A DNA stretch of 64,000 nt. It comes from an uncultured delta proteobacterium (GTDB lineage Bacteria; Myxococcota_A; Polyangia; Polyangiales; Houyiibacteriaceae). The translations under genes were made by a program, and so were the position numbers. The notes under the pieces are model-generated. The model made no database searches and was not told the origin of the DNA. It was given only the letters and a program-made list of their open reading frames with translations. The stretch covers positions 864,001 through 928,000 of the forward strand of contig CAVOVB010000001.1 in NCBI GenBank assembly GCA_963699755.1, in the 5' to 3' direction. This document shows positions 1 to 9,672 of this stretch, in pieces (within the stretch, counting starts at the first letter, position 1; each line of letters starts with the position of its first letter).

Positions 1-2397
1 GACCCTGACGCGATCGCCACCACCGTGGCGAAGGCGTACCCCTTGGTCCTGGTCGACGAGTTTCAAGACACCGATTCGGTGCAGTACGGGATTTTCCGCG
101 CGATCTACGGTGAGGGGTCTGCCGTCTACGTGGGGGACCCAAAGCAAGCGATCTACGCGTTTCGTGGCGCCGATGTGTTCTCGTACCTCGGAGCCGCGGA
201 GGACGTCGGGGAGCGCCGCTACAGCCTCAGCACGAACTGGCGCTCTGACCCCGGCATCGTACACGCCGTCAACAGCTTGTTCTCTCGTCGGAATCCGCCG
301 TTCGTACTCGACGGGATTCGGATGGAACCAACCTTGCCGCACTACCAAGAGCGCCGCTCGACCTTCGACCCTGCGATGGAGATCGTCTTCTTGGACCAAG
401 CGCTACTGAGCGGATCGACCGCCGACGCGATCGCTCCCATCGTCGCCAACGAAATAGGCCTTCTGCTCGACTCGAAAGAAGAAATCGAGAGTCGATCCAT
501 CGAACCCGATCATGTCGCGGTCCTTTGCCGCAGCAACGTCCAGACGCTTGCTGTGACAGCTGCGCTCAGGGAGCTGGGCATTCCGGTATCGCTCGATGGC
601 GGCTCGAGCGTACTGAGCACCGAGATCGCCTCGGACCTCAGCACGGTGCTCGAAGCGGCTCTGATGCCGGGTGACGCCTCCCTGGTGCGTCGCGCCCTTC
701 TCACTCCGCTCCTCGGCGTGTCGCCCCAGGCGCTTTCGACCATGAGCGATGTGCTCTGGTCGGAATGGATGTCTCGCTTCGGGCAATGGAGTGAGACTTG
801 GGAAAGTCAGGGGGTGTTGCGCTTCATCGAGGACATGCTCCGCAGCACCGGGATGGAGGCGACCATCGCGAGGCAGCCCCTGGCGAGGCGTAGGCTCACC
901 GACCTCCTGCACGTGGAGGAGCTCCTGTTGCGTGGCGAGCGCGAACGAGGTCGCGACCCGGTGGCGCTCATGCAGTGGCTTCGCCGCCTGCGCGAAGACG
1001 GCGGGGGCAACGGCGGCATCGCTAGCGACGAGCTGCAGCAGCGTCCGGATGCAGAATCAGGAGCGGTCCGGGTTTCGACCATTCACAAGAGCAAGGGTCT
1101 CGAATACCCGATCGTCTATTGCCCGTTCACGACCAACGACGCCACGCTCCGCGGCTTCGATTACAGCGCCGTGAAGTTCCATGATGAGCAACACAACCTG
1201 ACGGTCGACTTAGGCTCGGAGAACGCGGACGCACACAAGCGGAGAAGCGAAGAGGAGGCGCGCTCCGAGGCGCTACGTCTTCTCTACGTCGCGGTGACCC
1301 GAGCAAAGTATCGCTGCACTCTCTTTTGGGGTCCAGCTCACAACTGGAAGAAGTCTGCGCTGGCGTACCTGCTTCACGGCAGCGAAGGCCTCGACGAGAT
1401 GACGCAAGGAGACATGGAGGCAGACGTCCAGACTTTCGCGAGCGAGACAGGCGGCGCCGTGGGCTGGCGCTTCCCGCACGAGGAAAGAGCAAAACCGCGC
1501 GAACGCTTGGTAGGGCGCCAGAGTCTGTCAGCGCGCGAGCAAACTCGCTTCTTCATGCACGCGCCGCGGATCGCGAGCTTCACGAGTCTCACGGGGCAAC
1601 ACGAGAAGACGCCGAGCCCGATGGAAGCCGAGTCCCTGGTCGATGAAGCGCCAGCGCTCTTTTCAGACTTGTCAGGAGGTGTGCGTACCGGCCTTCTTCT
1701 CCATTCGATCCTCGAGCATCTGAGCTTCGCCGAGCTCGATACCGACGAAACCAAGCAATTGATCGAGCGCGAGCTTCACGGCTTCGGCTTCGACCCCTCG
1801 CTCGCGGCGTCGATTCAGGGTGACCTCCAGTTGGTAGGCTCGACACCGTTCAGCAGCAAGGCGGATGCACCTAGGCTGATCGACCTGCCGGGCGATAAGC
1901 AGCTCCGGGAGCTCGAGTTCACGCTCTGCGTGGATCGGCCCAAGCTCTCCGATCTTTCGGCGCTTCTGAAGAAGCACGGGGCGCCGACGGCAGCGCCGGA
2001 CTACCCCGAGCGACTTGCCGAAGTCAGCGCGCAAACCCTACGAGGTTTCTTGCGCGGCTACATCGACCTGACGTTCGAGTGGAAGGGCCGCTGGTACATC
2101 GCCGACTACAAGTCGAACAGCCTTTCTGCGTACGAGCCGGCGACCGTCACCGAAGCCATGCAGCGTGAGCACTATCTGCTGCAGGCTCTGCTCTACAGCG
2201 CGGCGGCTCAACGGCATCTGAGGCAGCGGGTACCGGGCTACGACCCGGAAGCCGACTGGGGTGGTGCCCTGTTTCTGTTCTTGCGCGGCATGGGCGGCCC
2301 CGATCGCGCGGGGGCGAGTGTATTCTTCGATCGGCAAACCGCGGAGCTCTTGAACGCGGTCGACCAGTGGCTTGGAGGGGCACGTGAGCCTCGCTGA
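1..2397 (+). CDS. recB: RecBCD subunit beta (helicase-nuclease), 5'-truncated by window edge
   Basis: UvrD motifs VDEFQDT, VGDPKQAIYAFRGAD, STIHKSKGLEY, LLYVAVTRA; C-terminal nuclease GYIDL..ADYKSN; frame is open back to position 1; followed by recD. Confidence 0.95.
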   Translation, partial: DPDAIATTVAKAYPLVLVDEFQDTDSVQYGIFRAIYGEGSAVYVGDPKQAIYAFRGADVFSYLGAAEDVGERRYSLSTNWRSDPGIVHAVNSLFSRRNPPFVLDGIRMEPTLPHYQERRSTFDPAMEIVFLDQALLSGSTADAIAPIVANEIGLLLDSKEEIESRSIEPDHVAVLCRSNVQTLAVTAALRELGIPVSLDGGSSVLSTEIASDLSTVLEAALMPGDASLVRRALLTPLLGVSPQALSTMSDVLWSEWMSRFGQWSETWESQGVLRFIEDMLRSTGMEATIARQPLARRRLTDLLHVEELLLRGERERGRDPVALMQWLRRLREDGGGNGGIASDELQQRPDAESGAVRVSTIHKSKGLEYPIVYCPFTTNDATLRGFDYSAVKFHDEQHNLTVDLGSENADAHKRRSEEEARSEALRLLYVAVTRAKYRCTLFWGPAHNWKKSALAYLLHGSEGLDEMTQGDMEADVQTFASETGGAVGWRFPHEERAKPRERLVGRQSLSAREQTRFFMHAPRIASFTSLTGQHEKTPSPMEAESLVDEAPALFSDLSGGVRTGLLLHSILEHLSFAELDTDETKQLIERELHGFGFDPSLAASIQGDLQLVGSTPFSSKADAPRLIDLPGDKQLRELEFTLCVDRPKLSDLSALLKKHGAPTAAPDYPERLAEVSAQTLRGFLRGYIDLTFEWKGRWYIADYKSNSLSAYEPATVTEAMQREHYLLQALLYSAAAQRHLRQRVPGYDPEADWGGALFLFLRGMGGPDRAGASVFFDRQTAELLNAVDQWLGGAREPR

Positions 2398-4090
2398 GCT
2401 CCAGTCCGCGGGCCTGCTCGACCTGCTCGACGTGGAGCTTGCGAGGGCTCTCGGCCGAATCGTCGAAACTTCCAGTCCTGAGATCGAGCTCGCGATCGCG
2501 CTCACGAGCCGCAATGTGAGACGGGGCCACAGCTGCTTTCCGATCGGCAGGTCCGCCGCGGAGATCTGGCCCCGCGAAGCAGATCGACCAGGCGATTTGC
2601 CTGACGCCGCGTGGTGGAAAGACCTGATCGCAAAGAGCCCACTCAGCCGCGGTGGACCGATTGTTCTCGATGAGGCGGGTCGTCTCTACCTCCGGCGCTA
2701 TTGGCAGCTCGAACGAGACATTGCTCAGGAGCTCGCGCGACGCGCCTCGATCTCCCGGACCATTGCGCAAGACGCGCCCTGGCTCGAGGCATCCCTCGGA
2801 CGCCTGTTCGGGGACGAGCCAGATTCTCCACAACGGAACGCAGCTCTAAATGCGCTTCGGTATTCGGTCTCGCTGCTCTGTGGCGGGCCGGGCACGGGGA
2901 AGACGAGCACGGTCGCCGCGATCGTCGCCCTGATCATCGAATCTAGACTTCGGCAAGGCAAGGACGCACCGCGGTCGATGCTGCTGGCTCCAACTGGAAA
3001 GTCAGCCGCCCGCCTGGCAGAGGCCGTGCGTCTAGCGAAGAACCGGCTCGAAACCAGCAAAGCGGTGTTGGAACAGATCCCTGAGCAGGCGACGACCCTA
3101 CATCGGGCGCTCGGCTTGCACCGAGATGGCTCACGCTTTCGGCGCAACGCCGACCTGCCGCTCGAGGCCGACCTCATCGTGGTCGACGAGGCTTCGATGG
3201 TCGACCTCGGTTTGATGCGACAGCTGCTGAACGCCGCGCCGCTCGAAGCCACGGTCTTGATCGTCGGTGACCCCGACCAGCTCAGCTCGGTCGAAGCGGG
3301 CTCGGTTCTTCGGGATCTGGTTATGGCGAGCGCTGAAACCCGCTGGAGCGGCAGGGTTACGCTGCTGACGAGGACCCATCGCTACGATGAGAAGCAAGCG
3401 CTCGGGCAGCTGATCGCGGCCATCCGTCAAGGCGACGGGCCGCGCGTCGAAGCCCTTCTTGAACGGGGTGACGCCGAAGACGTCGTCTGGGCTTCTTCTG
3501 CGCGCCTAGCGGCCGAGCTCGAGAGGGCGGCTGCGCATTGGGCCAGGGTCCTCCGCACGCCGACCGCAGAGGAACATTTCGACCTTCGTGGTCGCTACGT
3601 CATCCTCAGTCCGTTTCGAAGAGGGAGGGTTGGAACGCGAAGGCTGAGCTCGGCGATCGTGGACCGCATTCGTCTCACCGAAGGAAGCGAGCCCGCCGTG
3701 CGGCCGATCATCATCGAAGAAAACAGCCACGAGCTAAAGGTGTACAACGGCGATTTCGCCATGCTGGTCGAAGGCGAACCGTCGGTCGCGACGGTGCAGA
3801 GCGAAGCAGACGGCTTTCGAGAGATCGCCGAGGCAAGGCTGCCGCGCTACTCCGAGGCGTTCGCGCTGAGCGTGCACAAAGCGCAGGGCTCGGAGTTCGA
3901 CGAAGTCCTGCTCATCCTTCCGGAAGAAGATGCGCCGATGCTGAGCCGCGAGCTTCTCTACACGGCGGTGAGCCGCGCTCGACATGCGGTTCGACTAGTC
4001 GGGCCCAAGCACGTGGTCGCGGCGATGCTCGAACGGAGGGCTCGGCGCGACTCGGGCCTCGTCGATGCGATCGCGCAAGCGCTAGGTTGA
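2384..4090 (+). CDS. recD: RecBCD subunit alpha (5'-3' helicase)
   Basis: LYLRRYW, Walker A GGPGTGKT, VVDEASMVD, GDPDQLSSVEAG, SVHKAQGSEF, LLYTAVSRAR; GTG 2384 after GGAGGGG, overlapping recB end. Confidence 0.95.
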   Translation: MSLAELQSAGLLDLLDVELARALGRIVETSSPEIELAIALTSRNVRRGHSCFPIGRSAAEIWPREADRPGDLPDAAWWKDLIAKSPLSRGGPIVLDEAGRLYLRRYWQLERDIAQELARRASISRTIAQDAPWLEASLGRLFGDEPDSPQRNAALNALRYSVSLLCGGPGTGKTSTVAAIVALIIESRLRQGKDAPRSMLLAPTGKSAARLAEAVRLAKNRLETSKAVLEQIPEQATTLHRALGLHRDGSRFRRNADLPLEADLIVVDEASMVDLGLMRQLLNAAPLEATVLIVGDPDQLSSVEAGSVLRDLVMASAETRWSGRVTLLTRTHRYDEKQALGQLIAAIRQGDGPRVEALLERGDAEDVVWASSARLAAELERAAAHWARVLRTPTAEEHFDLRGRYVILSPFRRGRVGTRRLSSAIVDRIRLTEGSEPAVRPIIIEENSHELKVYNGDFAMLVEGEPSVATVQSEADGFREIAEARLPRYSEAFALSVHKAQGSEFDEVLLILPEEDAPMLSRELLYTAVSRARHAVRLVGPKHVVAAMLERRARRDSGLVDAIAQALG

Positions 4091-4118
4091 GCTGGACTCC
4101 GGTAGAGCGAGGGGCGAG

Positions 4119-4298
4119 TTAGGCAGCATGAGGCGGCCACTGACGACGAATCTTCTGAGCAACCTTCGCCGCTGTTTCTTCGTCGATGGGCTGCGTCGGG
4201 TCGGCACCCAACTGCTTGAGGATCACCTTGCAATGAGCGGGATTCCAATTGAGGAGCTTTGCGAGCTCCCTGAGCTCATATGACTCTGTAACGACCAT
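4119..4298 (-). CDS. 59-aa protein resembling the IF2 N-terminal (HTH-like) domain; absent from ORF track
   Basis: Hand translation MVVTESYELRELAKLLNWNPAHCKVILKQLGADPTQPIDEETAAKVAQKIRRQWPPHAA*; SD AAAGGAAG 6 nt upstream of ATG; own sigma70-like promoter. Confidence 0.7.
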   Translation of the reverse strand: MVVTESYELRELAKLLNWNPAHCKVILKQLGADPTQPIDEETAAKVAQKIRRQWPPHAA

Positions 4299-4324
4299 CG
4301 TGCGCTTCCTTTACTAACCGTAAA

Positions 4325-4354
4325 TTTATAGCGCAGAAAGGGGGCACGATTCAA
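4325..4354 (-). promoter_or_regulatory. Putative sigma70 promoter for the 59-aa gene
   Basis: Minus strand TTGAAT-N18-TATAAA in a locally AT-rich gap. Confidence 0.5.
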
Positions 4355-4358
4355 GGAG

Positions 4359-4714
4359 TTATTTGCCTTTTAGTAAATAAGCGGCTACTCCCAATAAAGC
4401 CAACAATAACAAGGTGATGATGAGCGAGGACGGCCCGCGCCGCGCAGGGGGCGGCAGCGAGTCGGGGGAGGCGCAATCGGGGGCCCTTCGATGGGCTGGG
4501 CGGCCAGAAATTCCTCGATGAGCCGGGTAGCATCCGCGATCTGGTCCATTTCGACTCGAATTTCGGTCCCGTGCCGCTCGCGGTCGGTGATGCCCGGGTA
4601 TGCGGTGTCGCGGTGATTGACCAGGACGGCTGCGATACCCTCGGCTTCCAGGGCTTCTTGGAGGGCTAAGGCAAGCACCTCATCGTCGGTCTCGTAGACG
4701 CTTCGTGTCTCCAT
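4359..4714 (-). CDS. DUF2007-like protein with C-terminal TM helix, apparent frameshift near 4464-4483
   Basis: METRSVYETDDEVLALALQEALEAEGIAAVL..EIRV; the as-read frame stops at 4385, while the shifted frame gives PDSLPPPARRGPSSLIITLLLLALLGVAAYLLKGK* (stop 4359-4361). Confidence 0.6.
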
Positions 4715-4718
4715 TGTG

Positions 4719-6671
4719 TCAGAGCGATTGCACAAAAGGAGGCACGGGACAATCGAGCGCATCGCCAATGGCGCGAATGAGCTCCGCCTCCTGGTCGGTG
4801 ACCGTGTCGTCGGCCATGACCGTCGCGGCACAGGCCAGCATGAGACGCCGTTTGAGCGCGGGCGCCGCGGCGTCGTATCGGCTCAGCGCTCGATCGACGG
4901 CCGCCAGCGTGCACTCGCTCGGGGGGAGGATGGGCGCTGCCCCGCTCCCTAGCTGAAGGGCTTGTTGGCCGTGGCGAAACGCGCGCGCGGCTTCTTCCTC
5001 GCCGCGGCTTCCCACGCGGGCCATGGTCGAAAGCAAGACTCCTGTGTCTGGTAAAAGCGGGTGAAGTGACCGGAAGCGAAGCGGAGCTGGGCCTGCGCCT
5101 TCGAAGTGTCGCGCGAGGTGACGCTGAATCATCCGGCTGAGCGTGTACTCGAACAGATCGATGCGTCGGTCGCTTTGCATCAAGGCATCGATCACCTGTC
5201 GAAATCGCTGGTATTCGTCGGCGGACAAGTTGCGCAAGGTGGGCAGCGCCATGTCGACGAGCGCAATTTTCTCGGCGGAAGATCGATCGATGGCCTCGGC
5301 GTGAAATCGAAGTGTGAGGTCGGCCGTTTGTGAATCCGTGAGGTCTGCAAGGCGGAGCAGCTCCGTGCCCCGGAGCACCTCGTCCTGTGCGAGGAGGAGC
5401 CCGAACACCATGGCCTGCGCCATCGGCGCCTGATGGACCGCGTGAATCCACAGATTGGGCAGTGCGGCGTGCAGGGAGCGAGCAAAGGCGACCTGCTCTG
5501 GGCGCGGACTTCCGATGTGCTCGATCGCTTGGCCGACAGCCTCTTCGGTCGGTACCTCCGCGAATGCGTTGACTTCACCGCCTGGCGGAGCGGGCGGTGA
5601 GCTCATCCCATCGGCAATTTGTGGCAAAGCCACCGCGGTGAACTCGCCATTCCAATCTGGCTCGAGCTTGCGGATGCGATCTCGGAGCGGCGGGTGGGTC
5701 CTAAATAGGCCGCTGAACAAGCGAAGCCGGCGAATGCCGTCGGCAAAGAAGATGTGGCTGGCTTCGTCGGCCTTAGGCGTTTGAAGAAGCGAGCCCTTGG
5801 ACCCGCCGCCGATCTTCTTGAGCGCTCCAACCAGTCCGTCGGTGTCCCGCGTGAACTGCACGGCGGAGGCGTCGGCCAAGAGCTCACGCTGCCGGGAGAT
5901 CGAGCTTTGGATCATGCGACCGAAGAAAACGCCGATCGAGCCGATGGCAAGAAGCCCGATTCCGATGACCGCTACACCGCCTCCCTCCTTCTTGCCGCTT
6001 TGCGCAGAGCCGCGGATCAGAAATCGACCAATGAGAGCGAGGAGAAAGATCCCGTGTAGAAGCCCGATCGCACGGAGGTTGATGCGCGAGTCTCCGTTGA
6101 GGATGTGGCTGAATTCGTGGGCGATGACGCCTTGAAGCTCGTCGCGCTGGAGCAGATGTAAGGTTCCCTCAGTGACGCCAATGACCGCATCGCTGGTCGT
6201 GTTTCCCGCGGCGAAGGCGTTGATGCCGGGTTCGCGGTCGAGCACGTAGACCTCGGGGGCGGGGACTCCTGAAGCGATGGCCATCTCTTCGACGACGTTA
6301 ATCAAACGACGCTCTTCGAGCTTGGTCGAGTCTGGGTCGACCCTGCGTCCGCCGAGTCCAACGGCCACTGCCGGACCGCCAGCGCGGAGTTGAGCGATCT
6401 TGTAAGGTGACCCCAGGCCGACGACCGTCGCGGTGCTTGCAAGCGAGAAGAGGAGCACCCCGGGGTTCCAGAATGCGAGGGCGTACTGGGCGACGGTTTC
6501 GTAGTCGCCGGTGATGTAGCGGAAGCCGGCCGAGTCCGCGGCTCCGAAACCATGGAAGAGCATGGCCAGGGCGTACACCGAGGCGATGACACCGATGATG
6601 GCGAGCGCAAAGAGAAGCGTCAGACGTCGGCTGCGCTTTTTTGCGAGGACCTGTTCCTCGAAGAAGTCCAT
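4719..6671 (-). CDS. M48 family (HtpX-like) membrane zinc metalloprotease with long C-terminal extension
   Basis: INAFAAG, HEFSH zinc motif, SRQRELLADASAVQFTR, THPPL; MDFFEEQ N-terminus typical of LemA-associated M48. Confidence 0.9.
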   Translation of the reverse strand: MDFFEEQVLAKKRSRRLTLLFALAIIGVIASVYALAMLFHGFGAADSAGFRYITGDYETVAQYALAFWNPGVLLFSLASTATVVGLGSPYKIAQLRAGGPAVAVGLGGRRVDPDSTKLEERRLINVVEEMAIASGVPAPEVYVLDREPGINAFAAGNTTSDAVIGVTEGTLHLLQRDELQGVIAHEFSHILNGDSRINLRAIGLLHGIFLLALIGRFLIRGSAQSGKKEGGGVAVIGIGLLAIGSIGVFFGRMIQSSISRQRELLADASAVQFTRDTDGLVGALKKIGGGSKGSLLQTPKADEASHIFFADGIRRLRLFSGLFRTHPPLRDRIRKLEPDWNGEFTAVALPQIADGMSSPPAPPGGEVNAFAEVPTEEAVGQAIEHIGSPRPEQVAFARSLHAALPNLWIHAVHQAPMAQAMVFGLLLAQDEVLRGTELLRLADLTDSQTADLTLRFHAEAIDRSSAEKIALVDMALPTLRNLSADEYQRFRQVIDALMQSDRRIDLFEYTLSRMIQRHLARHFEGAGPAPLRFRSLHPLLPDTGVLLSTMARVGSRGEEEAARAFRHGQQALQLGSGAAPILPPSECTLAAVDRALSRYDAAAPALKRRLMLACAATVMADDTVTDQEAELIRAIGDALDCPVPPFVQSL

Positions 6672-6674
6672 CGC

Positions 6675-7262
6675 CTAGAACTGAACTTGGATGGGGGCGC
6701 GCTCGGCTTCGTCTTGGACCTCGAAGAACTCTGCGCGCTCGAAGCCGAACATGCTGGCCACGAAGTTGGACGGCACCATCTCGCATTTGTTGTCGTATCG
6801 CATGACAGCGTCGTTGTAGGCCTGCCGGGCGAATGCGATCTTGTTCTCCGTGGTCGAGAGCTCTTCGGAGAGCTGCATCATCGTCTTGTCCGACTTTAGG
6901 TCGGGGTAGGCTTCCGAGAGTGCGAAGAGCCGCCCAAGCACTCCGCTGAGACCCGCTTCGGCGCTTGAGAGGCCCTGCATGGCCCCTGGGTCCCCCGGCT
7001 TGGCGGCCGCACGCGCCCGCGCTGTTTCGGCCGAATTGCGCGCCGCAATGACGGCCTCGAGGGTCTCGCGTTCGTGCGCGAGGAAGGCCTTGGCGGTTTC
7101 CACCAGATTGGGAATCAAGTCGTGACGCCGCTTGAGCTGAACATCGATTTGGGAGAACGCGTTGCGGAAGCGGTTCCGAAGATTGACGAGGCCGTTGTAG
7201 ATGCCTGCGAACCAGGCGATCATCGCGACAGCAAGCACCAGCAGACCAATCAGCCATCCCAT
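6675..7262 (-). CDS. lemA: LemA family protein
   Basis: N-terminal TM, YNGLVNLRN, SQIDVQLKRRHDLIPNLVET, EAYPDLKS, ENKIAFARQAYNDAV. Confidence 0.95.
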   Translation of the reverse strand: MGWLIGLLVLAVAMIAWFAGIYNGLVNLRNRFRNAFSQIDVQLKRRHDLIPNLVETAKAFLAHERETLEAVIAARNSAETARARAAAKPGDPGAMQGLSSAEAGLSGVLGRLFALSEAYPDLKSDKTMMQLSEELSTTENKIAFARQAYNDAVMRYDNKCEMVPSNFVASMFGFERAEFFEVQDEAERAPIQVQF

Positions 7263-7330
7263 GGTGTACCCCCCTTAGCTGCAAAAGACGCTTTCAGTGT
7301 AAGTGCCCCTCCCTATAAACTCAAACCCAG

Positions 7331-8248
7331 ATGAAAACGGAAGAGACGGTGCTGATCACGGGTGCCAGCACCGGAATCGGCCTCGCGGTCGCTCGCGCCC
7401 TCACCGAAACGAACTACCGCGTCATCCTCACGGCGCGAGAAAGCTCGCTTCCGCGCTTCGCCGCCCATGCGATCGGAGAATCGCAACACGTTCGGATTCG
7501 TGCGCTCGACGTCACCAAGCCGCAGGAGCGCGAGGCGATCATCTCCGAGGCGGAACGCGATTGGGGCGGGGTCGACATCCTGATCAACAACGCTGGGCTT
7601 TCCTATCGAGCGGTGGTGGAGCACGTCGAAGAGAGGGAACGCCTCGCACAGATGAACGTGAACTTTCGCTCGCCAATGGAGCTCATCCGGCTCGTGCTTC
7701 CCCGAATGCGCGCAAAGAAGGCGGGCCGCATCATCACGATCAGCTCGGTCGGTGGCATGATGGCGATGCCGACGATGGGCGTGTACAGCGCCTCGAAGTT
7801 TGCGCTCGAAGGAGCGCACGAGGCGCTCTGGTACGAGGTTCGGCCCTGGGGGATTCGCGTGAGCCTGGTGCAGCCGGGATTCGTCGATTCCGATGGGTTT
7901 CAGAAGGTCCGGTACACGGCAAAAAGCGACCGATCCGAGCACGAGCTGGCAGAGCCCTACCACGAGCACTACGTCAACATGTCGCCATTCATCGCGAGGC
8001 TGATGAAGGCATCGCCGGCGACGCCGGAATCGGTTGCCAAAGTCGTTGTGAGAACCATGCGCCGGCGAAAGCCCCCTCTGCGCGCGCCGGCAACCTTCGA
8101 TGCGCGCGTATTCGCGATGCTTCGGCGTATCTTGCCACGCACCGCCTATCACTGGCTTCTCTATAGAATGTTGCCGCGGATCGACACTTGGGGACCATCG
8201 CCGAAGCGCCTGTCGGCGCTTCCGCCTCCGAAAGGCGGCACGGACTGA
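7331..8248 (+). CDS. Short-chain dehydrogenase/reductase
   Basis: TGASTGIG, INNAG, catalytic YSASK. Confidence 0.9.
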   Translation: MKTEETVLITGASTGIGLAVARALTETNYRVILTARESSLPRFAAHAIGESQHVRIRALDVTKPQEREAIISEAERDWGGVDILINNAGLSYRAVVEHVEERERLAQMNVNFRSPMELIRLVLPRMRAKKAGRIITISSVGGMMAMPTMGVYSASKFALEGAHEALWYEVRPWGIRVSLVQPGFVDSDGFQKVRYTAKSDRSEHELAEPYHEHYVNMSPFIARLMKASPATPESVAKVVVRTMRRRKPPLRAPATFDARVFAMLRRILPRTAYHWLLYRMLPRIDTWGPSPKRLSALPPPKGGTD

Positions 8249-9073
8249 TCAGCGCGAATGGCGAGCGAGGTACTTCCTTTTCTCCCGCTCGCCTTTTCGC
8301 TCGAAGATCGGCATCATGAGCTTCCGTAGGCCGGGGACGAGATAGCTGAGCGTCGCGATCTTTCCGCTCAGCGCCGGCTTGGTGCGCTCTCTTGCGCCAT
8401 CGCTCGCAGAGGCGAGGATGAGATCGGCGATCTCGTCGGCGGTGCTCATCGGTTGCGAAAACACGAGAGCTGGGACTGTCTCGATGACGCTTTCGTCGAG
8501 GATGAAGCTCGTTTCGACTGGGCCGGGGCTCACCACGGAGATACGAATGCTGGTGTTTCGGAGCTCTTCGGCGACGGCAAACGAGAAGATACGGAGACCG
8601 AATTTCGTCGTCGAATAGGTCGCCTCGTCGTCGAGCGGAAAGCGCCCAGCAAGGGAAGCGACGTTGACGATCGTCCCTGAATCGCACTTCCGCATGTGCC
8701 GAAGCGCGAGCTTGGTGAGCATCATGGGGCCGCGGAGATTCACGTCGAGAATCCGAAGCATCGAGTCCATGGCAAGACCTGTGAGCGGCCCGCGGGAGTT
8801 ATACCCAGCAATGTTGACGAGGATGTCGATGCTCTGAAACCTCGATCTCGCCTCATCGAGCAAGCGCTCGCAGGCGCCGAGGTCCGAAACATCGGTGGGT
8901 ACCGCGTGTGCCACGTCGGAGCCGAGCTCGTCGACCAGTCGCTGCAGGGGCTCCGGGCTACGCGCGGCCAGCACCACGCGTGCGCCCTCAGCGACGAACT
9001 TTCGCGCGCAGGACTCGCCGATGCCGCCGCTCGCCCCCGTGATCACCGCTGTCTTGCCGTCGAACTTGGTCAT
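8249..9073 (-). CDS. Short-chain dehydrogenase/reductase
   Basis: TGASGGIG, VNIAG, catalytic YSTTK; ATG overlaps the GTPase stop (ATGA). Confidence 0.9.
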   Translation of the reverse strand: MTKFDGKTAVITGASGGIGESCARKFVAEGARVVLAARSPEPLQRLVDELGSDVAHAVPTDVSDLGACERLLDEARSRFQSIDILVNIAGYNSRGPLTGLAMDSMLRILDVNLRGPMMLTKLALRHMRKCDSGTIVNVASLAGRFPLDDEATYSTTKFGLRIFSFAVAEELRNTSIRISVVSPGPVETSFILDESVIETVPALVFSQPMSTADEIADLILASASDGARERTKPALSGKIATLSYLVPGLRKLMMPIFERKGEREKRKYLARHSR

Positions 9074-9585
9074 CCGGTTGCCTTCCTCGCTTCGAGCATC
9101 AATCCAGCCATCTTCGTGAAGGCCTCTCGAACATTGTATCCGGTCTTGGCGCTAGCGCGCACCAAGTACCAGTTCGGCTTGCTCGCTGCCGTGATTTGAG
9201 CGTCGCTGAGAGCGAGCTCTTCGGTCAGGTCGGACTTGTTCAGGATGAGAACCGCGGGACGCGGGCCAATGAACCCCCGCTCTTGGACCTGTGCCTCGAG
9301 CAAATGGTCGAGCGTCCGAGGCTTGGTCGCGTCCGCCACAAACACGAGGCCTGAAGCGCCCGAGATGAATGATCGGTTGTACTGCCCCGAAGCCTCTGAT
9401 CCTGCTGGGTCCCAGAGCATCATCTCGAGCGAGACGTCGCCGAGCTCCACGGTGCCGCTGTAGATCGCCATCGCGATCGACGGGTTGTGCTCTTCCTCGA
9501 AGCTGTCCTCGACGAATCGCCTGACGAGGCTCGACTTGCCCACCCCCGGCGCGCCAAGAAGACAGACCTTCCGCCTCAGCCGCAT
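9070..9585 (-). CDS. Ras-superfamily (Rab-like) small GTPase
   Basis: G1 GAPGVGKS, G3 WDPAG, G4 NKSD, G5 SAKTG; 171 aa; no CAAX tail. Confidence 0.88.
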   Translation of the reverse strand: MRLRRKVCLLGAPGVGKSSLVRRFVEDSFEEEHNPSIAMAIYSGTVELGDVSLEMMLWDPAGSEASGQYNRSFISGASGLVFVADATKPRTLDHLLEAQVQERGFIGPRPAVLILNKSDLTEELALSDAQITAASKPNWYLVRASAKTGYNVREAFTKMAGLMLEARKATG

Positions 9586-9672
9586 CTCCTTCTAGTACGC
9601 CAAGTCCAGCTTGCAGCAAAGCCCCCTGCGGGGACTGGCCACTATACGCCCTCTTGCCCTAGAGTGCGGTCG

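Noticed and set aside
1..4090. Helicase-nuclease pair as a novel defence system
   Set aside because: Motifs and order match ordinary recB-recD; recC is probably upstream of the window
9487..9672. N-terminal extension of the sterol reductase suggesting an LBR-like extra domain
   Set aside because: It overlaps the GTPase on the other strand; family similarity begins at MSEHK (9673)
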